A stretch of DNA of 21,372 nucleotides from Anaerolineales bacterium (GCA_041632295.1 JBFKII010000029.1:1-21372), one strand, 5' to 3'. Shown: positions 1-8,598, numbered from the stretch's first letter. Numbers and translations are program-made. Notes: generated from the letters alone by a model not told the origin.

Positions 1-55
1 CCCGGGCAGTATAGCACAGCCGCTGTGTGCCCCGGCGGTTCCTATCCCGCCTGGG

Positions 56-259
56 TTAAAAACCAAAATCCAGCCAGTTGGTGTTGAATATTACCGAGCA
101 GCTGACGGCGATCGATAGGATCAGAAGGATCAGACCGCAGCCACAGCCGCTGCAAGAAATGCCGCGGCCGAAACCAAAACGGTCCTGAAGAAAATCAAAC
201 AGCTTATCGAACAGGAAAAGTTTCAGCAATCCGGAAAGGCAGCCAGGTCGGTCTCGCAT
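56..259 (-). CDS. hypothetical small Cys-rich membrane protein, 67 aa. It has an amphipathic N-terminus, a GISCSGCGCG motif and one predicted TM helix.
   Basis: The ORF has an SD (GGAGG, 5 nt spacer) before the ATG at 259. It lies downstream and co-directional with the cyt-b5-like gene. The hydrophobic stretch is LILLILSIAVSCSVIF. No family is recognised. Confidence 0.4.
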   Translation of the reverse strand: MRDRPGCLSGLLKLFLFDKLFDFLQDRFGFGRGISCSGCGCGLILLILSIAVSCSVIFNTNWLDFGF

Positions 260-351
260 TGGACCCTCCAGGTATACAGAGTGAAGATCTTGTATTACGG
301 TCGTTATTGGAAGAGAAAGTCATTTCTCCTGCAATTGGTTCCATTTGGTAT

Positions 352-624
352 TTACGCATTTTCCAGGATGCCGACGCGCCGCACGCACGGTCGCTGGAAA
401 ACATCGGACTGGTGCGGGGCTTCAACCATGGCCTCGGTCAGGTCCTGCCCGGGCCAATGCATGCCCTCATGCAGGTCGCCGCGCCATTTGGGGCAAGCAG
501 TCACATCATATACCACCCCGCGAAAAGCGACATATTTTGGGCGGCCTGCCTCCCCATCGGATCTGCGCAGTTCCGCCCGGCTGATCACCCTTTCGCCCCC
601 AGCTTGCTTTTCTTGGGCGCTCAT
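352..624 (-). CDS. cytochrome b5-like heme/steroid-binding domain protein, about 90 aa
   Basis: The core is PKYVAFRGVVYDVTACPKWRGDLHEGMHWPGQDLTEAM, typical of COG4892-type predicted heme-binding proteins. The ATG at 624 overlaps the upstream methyltransferase stop (ATGA), which implies translational coupling. Confidence 0.6.
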   Translation of the reverse strand: MSAQEKQAGGERVISRAELRRSDGEAGRPKYVAFRGVVYDVTACPKWRGDLHEGMHWPGQDLTEAMVEAPHQSDVFQRPCVRRVGILENA

Positions 625-1316
625 ACTCGCCGGGTCCACACGCCGGTAAATTCCGGCAGCCGCTGCCAGCGGCGTTGCCGGATCCGCTCTGCAAGTTCAC
701 GGCCGAAGAAGAACTCGGTTTCCGCTGCCGCCGTCTCCGAGTCCGGAAAAATATAATCCGTGGCGATCACCTGCCCTTGAAAGTCAAACCTATTCTCCAG
801 CCGGCTGTAATACGCGCCCAGGGCCGGTGTCGGCGGGGCAGGGGTCTCGGCCCCGGTAGACATGGTTTCAATGACGACCAGGAGCGCGCCCGGGACTGCC
901 AGGCGAAGCATTTCGTGGAGCACCCGATCGACCTCGATCTGCCAGTCCCTGGGATGCCATCCGGTCAGGTGGCCAATCGCCCAACCTGCCGTGATCAATT
1001 CAAAAGTGGCGCTTTGAAAAGGCAGGCGTCGCATATCCCCTTGCAGCAGCGTCCATTTCGCCCCGGCCAGGCTCATCTGGCGCCGGTTTTCCCGAAGCAT
1101 ATCTTGGTGGCGATCCAACCCGGCCAGAAACGCGGTTTTTTGGGAAAGCATCAAGGGCAACCGTCCGGTCCCGGTACCGAGATCGAGGGCACGCCGGATT
1201 CCAGCGGGCACCAGCCCGGCCAGGCAGTGGGCCAGCCTGCCTTCGGCGTCTTCCGCGGTGATCATGCGATGGTAGGCCGCGGCTTCCTGTCTGTAAATGC
1301 GGGTAAAATGGTCCAC
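621..1316 (-). CDS. class I SAM-dependent methyltransferase
   Basis: Motif I LDLGTGTG is present. The ORF begins with GTG at 1316. A TATAAT sits 6 nt upstream of the GTG on the minus strand. An alternative internal start is MITAEDAEG. Confidence 0.75.
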   Translation of the reverse strand: MDHFTRIYRQEAAAYHRMITAEDAEGRLAHCLAGLVPAGIRRALDLGTGTGRLPLMLSQKTAFLAGLDRHQDMLRENRRQMSLAGAKWTLLQGDMRRLPFQSATFELITAGWAIGHLTGWHPRDWQIEVDRVLHEMLRLAVPGALLVVIETMSTGAETPAPPTPALGAYYSRLENRFDFQGQVIATDYIFPDSETAAAETEFFFGRELAERIRQRRWQRLPEFTGVWTRRV

Positions 1317-1412
1317 GCCCGGATTATACGAAATTGGCGGTAAATCAAAAGGGCATTTCGCCGCTGGGCTTTCGATTCAACCGTGGCAAGCCAACCGACG
1401 GAAAGAAAATCC

Positions 1413-2312
1413 ATGTACGAATTTCAAGCAGGTAAAGGTGTTGAGTCCGGGATCAAGCGTATCCTGGTATTCAAAGTCGAGGAGACGATCGGGCTGCTGG
1501 AATTTCATGGCGACGATCCCGCGGTTTCTATCCACGAAGCGCGCAAGAATTTCAAGCGTCTGCGGGCTGCTCTTCGGCTGGTTCGCAAGGAAATCGGCCC
1601 GCAGCATTTCAACCGGGAAAATGTTTTCTTTCGCGATCTCAGCCGGCGGCTTGCCCCTCTGCGGGACAGCGAGGTGATGCTGGAAACCTTCGATCTGCTC
1701 GAACAGGGTGGTTATTTCCGGGAGGGCCCGGACGGCATGGTAGACCTGCGCAACCGGCTGGAGTCGCATAAGCTGAAGGTACATGCGGAGTTTTTCGGAC
1801 CGGGAGCCGGTTTTGAGGAAATCGCCGCCGCCCTGGGACATTCCCTCCCTCGGCTGAGGGATTTACCGATTGAGGACAGAGGCTTCCACACAATGGCAGC
1901 CGGTTTCAGACGGGTTTACCGGCGCGGCAGAAGGCGGATGGTGCAGGCCTACCTGGACGGCGAAGACCCTCACAAGTTCCATGAATGGCGCAAGCGAGTC
2001 AAATATTTGTGGCACCATTATGAAATCCTTCGGCCTTTGGAACCGAATTTGCTGGGGGAGCGGATCGATGGCCTTCAGACCCTCTCCGGACTTCTGGGAG
2101 AGGCCCATGATGCGGCTTTTCTGGTCGCGTACTTAACGGACGGAATCGGGATTCCAATGAGCAAAGCCTCCAATTTTGTGATCGATCAGGCGAACCACCA
2201 CCATGCGGTTCTGGTTGGCAATGCGTATCCCTGGGGGGAGAAGCTTTACGGGCCGAAACCAAAAACAGTTGTGGAGGAAATGTCCGCGCTTTGGGACGCT
2301 TGGGCAGGTTGA
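1413..2312 (+). CDS. CHAD domain-containing protein
   Basis: CHAD-type conserved His/Arg helices are present (SIHEARKNFKRLRAALRLVRKEIG, and HEWRKRVKYLWHHYEILRP later). I chose the ATG at 1413, which has GGAAAG 7 nt upstream. The ORF track starts at GTG 1383. Confidence 0.6.
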   Translation: MYEFQAGKGVESGIKRILVFKVEETIGLLEFHGDDPAVSIHEARKNFKRLRAALRLVRKEIGPQHFNRENVFFRDLSRRLAPLRDSEVMLETFDLLEQGGYFREGPDGMVDLRNRLESHKLKVHAEFFGPGAGFEEIAAALGHSLPRLRDLPIEDRGFHTMAAGFRRVYRRGRRRMVQAYLDGEDPHKFHEWRKRVKYLWHHYEILRPLEPNLLGERIDGLQTLSGLLGEAHDAAFLVAYLTDGIGIPMSKASNFVIDQANHHHAVLVGNAYPWGEKLYGPKPKTVVEEMSALWDAWAG

Positions 2313-2315
2313 AAA

Positions 2316-3065
2316 TCAGCCGTTGTCCCGCTCCCACCGCTGGATAGCACTTTCGATCAAGGTGCGGCGGGTAGCGTTGGGCATATACTGACGTTCAAAT
2401 TCGATCAGCCGCTCCGCGCGCTCCGTGTCGTTCCCAATCCGGGCCATCAGATCTTCAAAAAGCGTTTCTTCTTCGGGCAGATCGGGGAACAGCTCGCGCA
2501 GGACCTGATTTCGCTGCATACGCCGCCAGGTTTCCCCGCCAGCATAGCCTGCCAGGAGCGTTGCGGCCCACCAGGGAAAAGTTTCCCAGGAGAAAAACGG
2601 CTCCACGGTCAGGTCTCGTTCGAAGGCGGTGACAGTCACAGCCACCAGGATGCTCAATCCACCGACCCACAGGCCCATGCTGCGAGGCCGCTTTTTATCC
2701 AGTGCGGCCGCCAGATACCCGCCGCCGAAGGCACCTGCGGGTACGCTGAAAAGCAAGAGCGGACGCAAAAGGCCCTGAAACAATTCCGCACCGAACAACG
2801 ATCGGAGTCCAAAAAAAAGCAGGCTTCCGGCAGCAAATGAAAGCAGTAATCCGAGCAAGATGGCGACCACGGCCGTCAGGCCGGATGCCAGTTCTTCGAA
2901 CAACTCGATCCCACCTGGCCTGCCAGGTTCGAAGTCTTCATGGGCTTCCTCGTCGGGGTATACCGGACGGCCGCAGTTCGGGCAATGGTTGAGTTCGTAA
3001 TAAAACAATTCCCCGCAGTGTGCACACTCAATGGTTGATTCCGATTCCTGGAAAGATCCGGCCAT
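2316..3065 (-). CDS. zinc-ribbon domain membrane protein. It has an N-terminal CxxC...CxxC ribbon, about 4 TM helices and a C-terminal soluble domain.
   Basis: The N-terminus is CAHCGELFYYELNHCPNCG, followed by hydrophobic segments. It is the last gene of the valS operon, 20 nt after the nitroreductase stop. Its stop is 3 nt from the convergent CHAD gene stop. Confidence 0.55.
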   Translation of the reverse strand: MAGSFQESESTIECAHCGELFYYELNHCPNCGRPVYPDEEAHEDFEPGRPGGIELFEELASGLTAVVAILLGLLLSFAAGSLLFFGLRSLFGAELFQGLLRPLLLFSVPAGAFGGGYLAAALDKKRPRSMGLWVGGLSILVAVTVTAFERDLTVEPFFSWETFPWWAATLLAGYAGGETWRRMQRNQVLRELFPDLPEEETLFEDLMARIGNDTERAERLIEFERQYMPNATRRTLIESAIQRWERDNG

Positions 3066-3085
3066 GGGATGATTCTACCAACAGA

Positions 3086-3676
3086 TCACCAGGTTTCATG
3101 GTGAATGCTATCGCTGAAATCCCGCCGGCCGCGCCGTAGGGAGGGGGATCTTTTATCCGGGGCCGGATGGCCGATCGGGATCACCCCGACCGGGGTTATT
3201 TCGGCCGGGATATTCATGATGGCGCGCAGGCCTTCCAGATCATGGGAGCCTGCAAATCCAGCCGCCAGGCCTGCATCCACCACGCCGAGCAGGATAGTCA
3301 TCACCGCGCAGCCGACATCCATAAACCAGTAGGGCACCGGCCAGTCGATCTCATCGCCTTCGAATGTGGTTTTGTCTGGTTCCTGGTAGCGCCGGTGATA
3401 GGCTGCTTCATTGGTGCATGGCACGATCAGGACCGGGGCAGAGGAGATGAAAGGTGCGAAACCCTTTTCAACGTAAAAACGTTCACCACAGTTGGCAGCA
3501 ATGGCATTTTTTCGGGCCTTGTCGGTGACGATCACGAAATCCTGGCCTTGCGTATAGCCAGCACTGGGGCCGCGACGGGCAAGGTCCAGGATCCCCTCCA
3601 CAGTCTCGATTGGGACCGGGTCCGAACTGAAATTTCGCACCATCCGGCGCTGCAACACGGTTTGCTTGAATTCCAT
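3086..3676 (-). CDS. nitroreductase family protein
   Basis: A nitroreductase-like N-terminus RRMVRNFSSDPVPIETVEGILDLARRGPSAGYTQGQDFVIV is present. A strong SD (AAGGGAGG, 5 nt spacer) precedes the ATG at 3676. The gene lies 24 nt after the valS stop. Confidence 0.8.
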   Translation of the reverse strand: MEFKQTVLQRRMVRNFSSDPVPIETVEGILDLARRGPSAGYTQGQDFVIVTDKARKNAIAANCGERFYVEKGFAPFISSAPVLIVPCTNEAAYHRRYQEPDKTTFEGDEIDWPVPYWFMDVGCAVMTILLGVVDAGLAAGFAGSHDLEGLRAIMNIPAEITPVGVIPIGHPAPDKRSPSLRRGRRDFSDSIHHETW

Positions 3677-3700
3677 CGCTGCCTCCCTTTCTGTTGGATG

Positions 3701-6427
3701 TTATTGGAGTGATTCCAGCTGGGCGCGGATTTTGTCCGCGCTTTCCAAGTAGCCGGCCAGCTTCTCACGCTCTCCCTGGATCACTTTTTCGGGTGCTTTT
3801 TCAGCAAAGGGTCCATCGAGAAGCTGCTGAAGCCGATTGATCTGTGCCTCGGTCTCCTGGAGGTCCTTGCCCAGGCGCAGTTTTTCCTCCTCGGGGTCCA
3901 CCATCTCGGCCAATGGAAGGTAAATTTCGACCGGCCCGGCCACGAGCGCGATCGATCCCTCCGGTTTCACATCGAGATATTCCACGATCCGCAGGTGATC
4001 CTCCTGGATTTTCGCCAGGGAGGCAATCGTGGCGGACTGGTGCCCAATGTCATGGGCCAGATCTCCGGCGACCAATGTGGCCCCGATTTTCAGACCAGGC
4101 TGGACGTTTTTTTCCGCCCGCAGGTTGCGAATAGTCCGAACGATCTCCTGAAGCAGGGTAAAGCGGGCGATGTTGCCCTCTTCCCATCCCTGCTGCGGCG
4201 CTGCCGCCGGCCAGGGAGCGACGATCAGCGCCTCAGCCCAGGGTCCATCTTCCGGGATCAGTTTTTCGCTGTGGGTCTGTGTCGCTTTTTTCAGCCGCTG
4301 CCAGAGTTCCTCGGTGACATAAGGCGTAAATGGATGGAGCAGGCGCAGGCAGGTGTCCATCGTGCGCACCATCAAGTCCACAGTGTAATGAGCCCGGTCG
4401 CCGCCCTCGCTCACCTGAAGCTTGGCAATCTCCAGATACCAATCGGCAAATTCGCTCCAGAAGAAATCGTAAATCTGACGGCCGGCTTCCCCATATTGAT
4501 GACCTTCGAAGAGCCGGTCAACCTGGGCGATCAGCTGGTTGAGCCGTGCCCAGATCCAGCCATCCGCCATCGTCCAGCGAGGTTCCCTTTCCGGCTCCCG
4601 GGGGCAGCGGGGGATTAAACCCAGCACCAGCCTTCCGGCGTTCCAGATCTTGTTGGCAAAGTTTCGATTGGCTTCCACACGTTTTAGGGAAAGGTTGGTG
4701 TCCTTACCAGGAGTGGAGCCCACCAGGAGTGTGAACCGCAGGGCGTCCGTGCCCATTTCATCCATGACCGTCAGGGGGTCGATCACGTTGCCGATGGTCT
4801 TGGACATTTTTCGTCCCTGCTCGTCGCGTATCAGCCCGTGCAGATACACGGTTTCGAAGGGGATTTCTCCGGTGAACGCCAGTCCCATCATGATCATGCG
4901 GGCGACCCAGAAAAACAGGATGTCGTAGCCGGTTTCCATCATTGTGGTCGGGTAGAAATAAGCCATATCTGCGGTCTCATCCGGCCAGCCCAGGGTGGAG
5001 AACGGCCAGAGCCCGGAGGAAAACCAGGTGTCCAGTACGTCCGGATCCTGCTCCAGTTGGGTGGCCTCCCCAAAATGCACCTCGGCTTTTTCGTGGGCTT
5101 CCTCCTCGCTGCGGGCGCAGAACATCGTGCCGTCGGGCGCGTACCAGATCGGGATCCGGTGGCCCCACCAGAGCTGCCGCGAGATGCACCAATCCTGGAT
5201 GTTTTCCATCCAGTTGTAGTAAACGCGCGTAAAGTATTCCGGCACGATCCGGATGCGCCCATCTTGCACCGCCTGAAGCGCCGGTTCGGCAAGCGGTTTG
5301 ATGTCTACGAACCACTGCGTGCTGATCATCGGCTCGATGATTTCGCCGCCGCGTTGAGAGCGCGGCACCTGGTGGGAATAGGGCTCTTCCTTGATCACCA
5401 GCCCCTGAGCTTTCATGTCTTCCCACAGGTTTTTTCGGGCTTCGAAACGGTCCTGTCCGGCGTATGGGCCGCCTTCCTCGGTCACGCGGGCTTCCCTGTC
5501 GAGCACCGAGACGATTGGAAGGTTGTGGCGTTCGCCGATTTCGTAATCGTTGGGATCGTGGCCGGGCGTCACTTTGAGGGCGCCGGTCCCGAATTCCGGA
5601 TCTACGTAGGCGTCCGCGATCACGGGGATCGGTCGGTCGAGGATTGGCACCAGCGCGGTTTTTCCGATAAAAGCCTGGTAGCGCTCATCCTCCGGGTGGA
5701 CCGCCACAGCGGTATCCCCGAGAATGGTCTCTGGCCGGGTGGTAGCCACCGGCAGGAAGTCATCGCCGCCCTGGATCCTGTATTTGAAATGATACAGTTT
5801 TCCTTGTTCTTCGTGATATTCCACTTCCAGGTCGGAGACGGCGGTTTTAAGCCCTGGAGACCAGTTGATCAGGCGCGGTCCACGGTAAATCAAGCCCCGT
5901 TCGTACAGCCGGACGAAGGCTTCATTCACGGCCCGGGAAAGGCCGTTGTCCAGGGTGAACCGCTCCCGGTCCCAGTCGCAGGAGGCCCCCAGCCGGCGAA
6001 TCTGGTCGGTGATGATGCCGCCGTATTTGCGTTTCCATTCCCAGGTGTATTCCAGGAACCGTTCCCGGCCAATTTCTTCCCGGCTTTCCTCCAGCGTGCG
6101 CAGCAGATGCTTTTCCACCTGGAGCTGGGTGGCGATGCCCGCGTGGTCGCTGCCCGGGACCCACAAAGTCGGGACGCCTTTCATGCGCTGGTGGCGGATC
6201 ATCAAGTCTTCCATTGAGACAAACATGGCGTGCCCCAGGTGCAGTTCTCCGGTCACGTTGGGAGGTGGGATCGAGATCACAAAGGGCCGGATCGAAGGGT
6301 CATGGTCGGGACCGGCCGGATCGTTTTGGGGCTTGAAGTACCCGGCCGCCTCCCACATGGCGTAAATCCGCTCCTCGGTGCCTTTGAAATCATAGGTTTT
6401 GGAAAGGGTAAACAGTTCGTTTTCCAT
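3701..6427 (-). CDS. valS: valine--tRNA ligase (ValRS), about 909 aa
   Basis: It is a class I aaRS with HIGH motif PPPNVTGELHLGHA and KMSKS motif KMSKTIGN. It has the editing-domain length and a C-terminal coiled coil. The start is the ATG at 6427 (MENELFTLSKTYDF). The 70-aa upstream in-frame extension in the ORF track runs through the T-box terminator, so I reject it. Confidence 0.95.
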   Translation of the reverse strand: MENELFTLSKTYDFKGTEERIYAMWEAAGYFKPQNDPAGPDHDPSIRPFVISIPPPNVTGELHLGHAMFVSMEDLMIRHQRMKGVPTLWVPGSDHAGIATQLQVEKHLLRTLEESREEIGRERFLEYTWEWKRKYGGIITDQIRRLGASCDWDRERFTLDNGLSRAVNEAFVRLYERGLIYRGPRLINWSPGLKTAVSDLEVEYHEEQGKLYHFKYRIQGGDDFLPVATTRPETILGDTAVAVHPEDERYQAFIGKTALVPILDRPIPVIADAYVDPEFGTGALKVTPGHDPNDYEIGERHNLPIVSVLDREARVTEEGGPYAGQDRFEARKNLWEDMKAQGLVIKEEPYSHQVPRSQRGGEIIEPMISTQWFVDIKPLAEPALQAVQDGRIRIVPEYFTRVYYNWMENIQDWCISRQLWWGHRIPIWYAPDGTMFCARSEEEAHEKAEVHFGEATQLEQDPDVLDTWFSSGLWPFSTLGWPDETADMAYFYPTTMMETGYDILFFWVARMIMMGLAFTGEIPFETVYLHGLIRDEQGRKMSKTIGNVIDPLTVMDEMGTDALRFTLLVGSTPGKDTNLSLKRVEANRNFANKIWNAGRLVLGLIPRCPREPEREPRWTMADGWIWARLNQLIAQVDRLFEGHQYGEAGRQIYDFFWSEFADWYLEIAKLQVSEGGDRAHYTVDLMVRTMDTCLRLLHPFTPYVTEELWQRLKKATQTHSEKLIPEDGPWAEALIVAPWPAAAPQQGWEEGNIARFTLLQEIVRTIRNLRAEKNVQPGLKIGATLVAGDLAHDIGHQSATIASLAKIQEDHLRIVEYLDVKPEGSIALVAGPVEIYLPLAEMVDPEEEKLRLGKDLQETEAQINRLQQLLDGPFAEKAPEKVIQGEREKLAGYLESADKIRAQLESLQ

Positions 6428-6454
6428 GTTGTTCCTTCTTTTTGCAGGTTTTGG

Positions 6455-6746
6455 GCAGAAAAGAAAAATCCTTTTCATCCATCTGAGGACGAAAAGGATT
6501 CCGCGGTACCACCTCAGTTCACCGGCTTTCAGCCCGTGCACTCCGGCCCCGGCAGACACCGGGGCAGCGCTGTAACGGGCGCGCCCGTGCCGGTCTACGG
6601 AAGCCGGCCGATCAGGCCGGGTTTCTTTCTTCGGCAACCATTCCGGGCGACATTCAGCGGGGCGGGCCTGGGGGGGCTTTCAGCCTTTGGCCGCTCCTTC
6701 TCTGGCAAGCTGCGGGCCGCTTACTCTTCCCGGAGGGATTATTTCG
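6455..6746 (-). promoter_or_regulatory. T-box riboswitch leader with valine specifier, controlling the valS operon
   Basis: The minus strand carries the T-box sequence GAGGUGGUACCGCGG (plus coordinates 6501-6517, UGGU complementary to tRNA 3'-ACCA). It overlaps the 5' arm of a 14-bp terminator hairpin AAUCCUUUUCGUCC/GGAUGAAAAGGAUU followed by UUUUUCUUUU (plus coordinates about 6455-6500). The leader is about 320 nt from a consensus promoter. Candidate specifier-loop sequence is GAAUGUCG with GUC (Val) at plus coordinates 6649-6651. The K-turn/GA-like element is GGGAAGAGUAAGCGG. Confidence 0.8.
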
Positions 6747-6752
6747 GGGACC

Positions 6753-6781
6753 ATTATACAGAAGCGGAACGGGTGTGTCAA
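6753..6781 (-). promoter_or_regulatory. sigma70-type promoter for the valS T-box leader (TTGACA-17 nt-TATAAT)
   Basis: The minus strand reads TTGACAcacccgttccgcttctgTATAAT. This is a perfect consensus -35 and -10 with a 17-nt spacer. Confidence 0.65.
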
Positions 6782-6810
6782 CGCCATAATTGTGAAATAA
6801 TGCACAATCC

Positions 6811-6839
6811 TTGACTTTCAGCGCCTTTTTTGCTATTCT
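6811..6839 (+). promoter_or_regulatory. candidate promoter for the MBL-fold gene (TTGACT-17 nt-TATTCT)
   Basis: The plus strand reads TTGACTttcagcgccttttttgcTATTCT. It is divergent from the valS promoter and 30 bp away from it. Confidence 0.35.
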
Positions 6840-6906
6840 TCCCCATCATCCCACCCGACCGGGCAGCCAGGGCGGATGTGCAAATGCGGCTTTTGAGGGA
6901 CACCAG

Positions 6907-7770
6907 GTGATTAATTACGAAAGAGTTTCCGACAACGTTTTTTCCTTTCAAAGCGAACTGTACGCCCAGGTTACGGCCGGGGTGATCGCCGGACCGAATT
7001 GGGCGGTGGTGATCGATACCCTGGCTTTCCCGGATGAGACCCTGGGGATCCGGGATTTTGTTGAGCAAGAGCTGCAAATCCCGGTTCGCTATGTCATCAA
7101 CACCCATTACCATGCGGACCATACCTGGGGCAACTGTTTCTTTCCTGGGGCGCTGGTCATCTCCTCCGCGCTTTGCCGTTCGCTCCTGGAGGAGCACGGG
7201 GCCCCCTCCCTGGAGGAAGCACGGCGGCAAAATCCCAACCTGTTTCGACAATCCAAAATCGTGCTGCCCCAACTCGTTTTTGAGACCGGGGAACTTGGCC
7301 TGCGGGTGGGGAAAAAATCGATCCGGATTTTCCCGCTGCCGGGTAACAGTCCCGACGCGATTGGTGTCTTGCTCGAGGAGGACAAGGTCCTGTTTTCTGG
7401 CGATCTTTTCATGCCGATCCCGTATATCGTCGATGGCGATGTGGACCGGATGATCGAATCGCTCAATTATGTCGCCAGCCTGGGCCTGGAGAACATCGTG
7501 CAGGGGCACGGTGATGTGATCCTGCGCGGTGAGATCGATGGCCAGGTGGAGGACAATATCGCCTATCTGAAAGCATTGGAAAAAGGGGTCAAGAAAGCCT
7601 CGCGGCGGAAATACCCTCTGGACCTGCTGGAGACCCTGGATGTCGAATCGATGGGAAAAAGCCGGGTCTTGTTAGGGGGGCTGGCCGAACAGCTTCACCA
7701 ACGCAACCTGGCCGCACTTTTCAAAATGCGGTACGGGGAGGAACCGATCGGGTCCGAGCTGGAAAGTTGA
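6907..7770 (+). CDS. MBL-fold metallo-hydrolase
   Basis: The HxHxDH motif is THYHADH, and downstream His/Asp ligands follow (QGHGD). I chose the GTG at 6907 with SD GAGGGA. The ORF track TTG at 6811 would overlap the promoters. Confidence 0.75.
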   Translation: MINYERVSDNVFSFQSELYAQVTAGVIAGPNWAVVIDTLAFPDETLGIRDFVEQELQIPVRYVINTHYHADHTWGNCFFPGALVISSALCRSLLEEHGAPSLEEARRQNPNLFRQSKIVLPQLVFETGELGLRVGKKSIRIFPLPGNSPDAIGVLLEEDKVLFSGDLFMPIPYIVDGDVDRMIESLNYVASLGLENIVQGHGDVILRGEIDGQVEDNIAYLKALEKGVKKASRRKYPLDLLETLDVESMGKSRVLLGGLAEQLHQRNLAALFKMRYGEEPIGSELES

Positions 7771-7811
7771 GTCGGGACAAGGCGGAGCGTGCCGCCTAAA
7801 AAATTGGAATT

Positions 7812-7843
7812 GCGCCGCCTGAAAAGGCGGCGTTCTTTTTTTA
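7812..7843 (+). terminator. rho-independent terminator after the MBL gene, possibly bidirectional for plsY
   Basis: GCGCCGCC-tgaaaa-GGCGGCG is followed by TTCTTTTTTT. On the minus strand the same hairpin is followed by a weaker T-run. A second small hairpin GGCGGagcgtgCCGCC lies at 7781-7796. Confidence 0.7.
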
Positions 7844-8503
7844 TTCCTGGGCTTTCAGGCGCTTGGCCCGCCAACCCACGAGCCGTTCGTTTCCGTCTAG
7901 CAGGCGACGGATGTTGGGCCGCAGCGCCCAGATCAGCAGCAATTCGGCAAGCAAGCCGTATAAGACAAATTCCCAGGGTGAAAGCTTGAGGGCTGCCAGA
8001 ACGGCGAAGATAATCGATGAAACCAATGCCACACTCAATGTGGCAACCGAGGCATAACCGATCCCGAACAGCACCAGGAAGCCCACCGGAAAGATGATCA
8101 GGAAGCTCCAGGCCCACAGCCCCAGCGAGCCTCCGGCGCAGGTTGCCCCGCCAGCCCCTCCACCCAGACGGATTTTTCCGTTTTCGCCTTTTTCCACCAG
8201 AAATATCGAGTAATTGTGGCCGATGATCGCCGCCAGGGGCGCGGCGACTTTCAACCACACGTTATCCGGCATCAGCGCCGCAGCGATCCAGACGCTGCTG
8301 GCACCCTTTAAAATGTCCAGCAGAGAGGTGACCAGCCCGACCCAGAATCCCGCTGCCCGCATGGCATTTGTTCCCCCTGTGCGGCCACTCTGGATCTTCC
8401 GGATGTCTTCCCCCTTAATCCAGCGGACGAGAAGCAAGCCAAAAGGGATCGAGCCGATCAGATAGGAAAATACCAGGGTGCCAGCAAAGGTCAGAATTTC
8501 CAT
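7841..8503 (-). CDS. plsY: glycerol-3-phosphate acyltransferase PlsY
   Basis: PlsY motifs are present: YLIGSIPFG, SGRTGGTN, LLDILKG, GHNYSIF. It is a polytopic membrane protein. The ATG at 8503 has SD GGAGG with a 5-nt spacer. Confidence 0.85.
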   Translation of the reverse strand: MEILTFAGTLVFSYLIGSIPFGLLLVRWIKGEDIRKIQSGRTGGTNAMRAAGFWVGLVTSLLDILKGASSVWIAAALMPDNVWLKVAAPLAAIIGHNYSIFLVEKGENGKIRLGGGAGGATCAGGSLGLWAWSFLIIFPVGFLVLFGIGYASVATLSVALVSSIIFAVLAALKLSPWEFVLYGLLAELLLIWALRPNIRRLLDGNERLVGWRAKRLKAQE

Positions 8504-8598
8504 GGATGCCTCCGGGCTGGTCAAAGGCGCATTGATGACCAGAGTATACCTGAATGTCTTTTTTCACTGATATACAAAACACCGCGGGGTTGCAGTCG

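Noticed and set aside
259-756. 165-aa and 122-aa plus-strand ORFs
   Set aside because: They are antisense to the cyt-b5-like and methyltransferase genes and have no recognisable motifs.
4838-6217. 459-aa ORF on the plus strand
   Set aside because: It lies entirely antisense to valS, which has unambiguous HIGH/KMSKS motifs. Long antisense ORFs are expected in GC-rich DNA. It has no recognisable motifs and no RBS.
6428-6637. 70-aa N-terminal extension of valS in the ORF track (MPKKETRPDR...)
   Set aside because: It would translate through the T-box terminator and U-tract. MENELF at 6427 matches ValRS N-termini.
6230-7509. ORFs 6230..6814 (+) and 6778..7509 (-)
   Set aside because: The first spans the valS start and the T-box leader on the wrong strand. 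The second is antisense to the MBL-fold gene and covers the divergent promoter region.
7781-7796. Hairpin GGCGGagcgtgCCGCC as an independent terminator
   Set aside because: It is followed by an A-run on the plus strand and preceded by a T-run on the minus strand, so it is not a convincing intrinsic terminator in either direction. The adjacent hairpin at 7812-7843 does the job.
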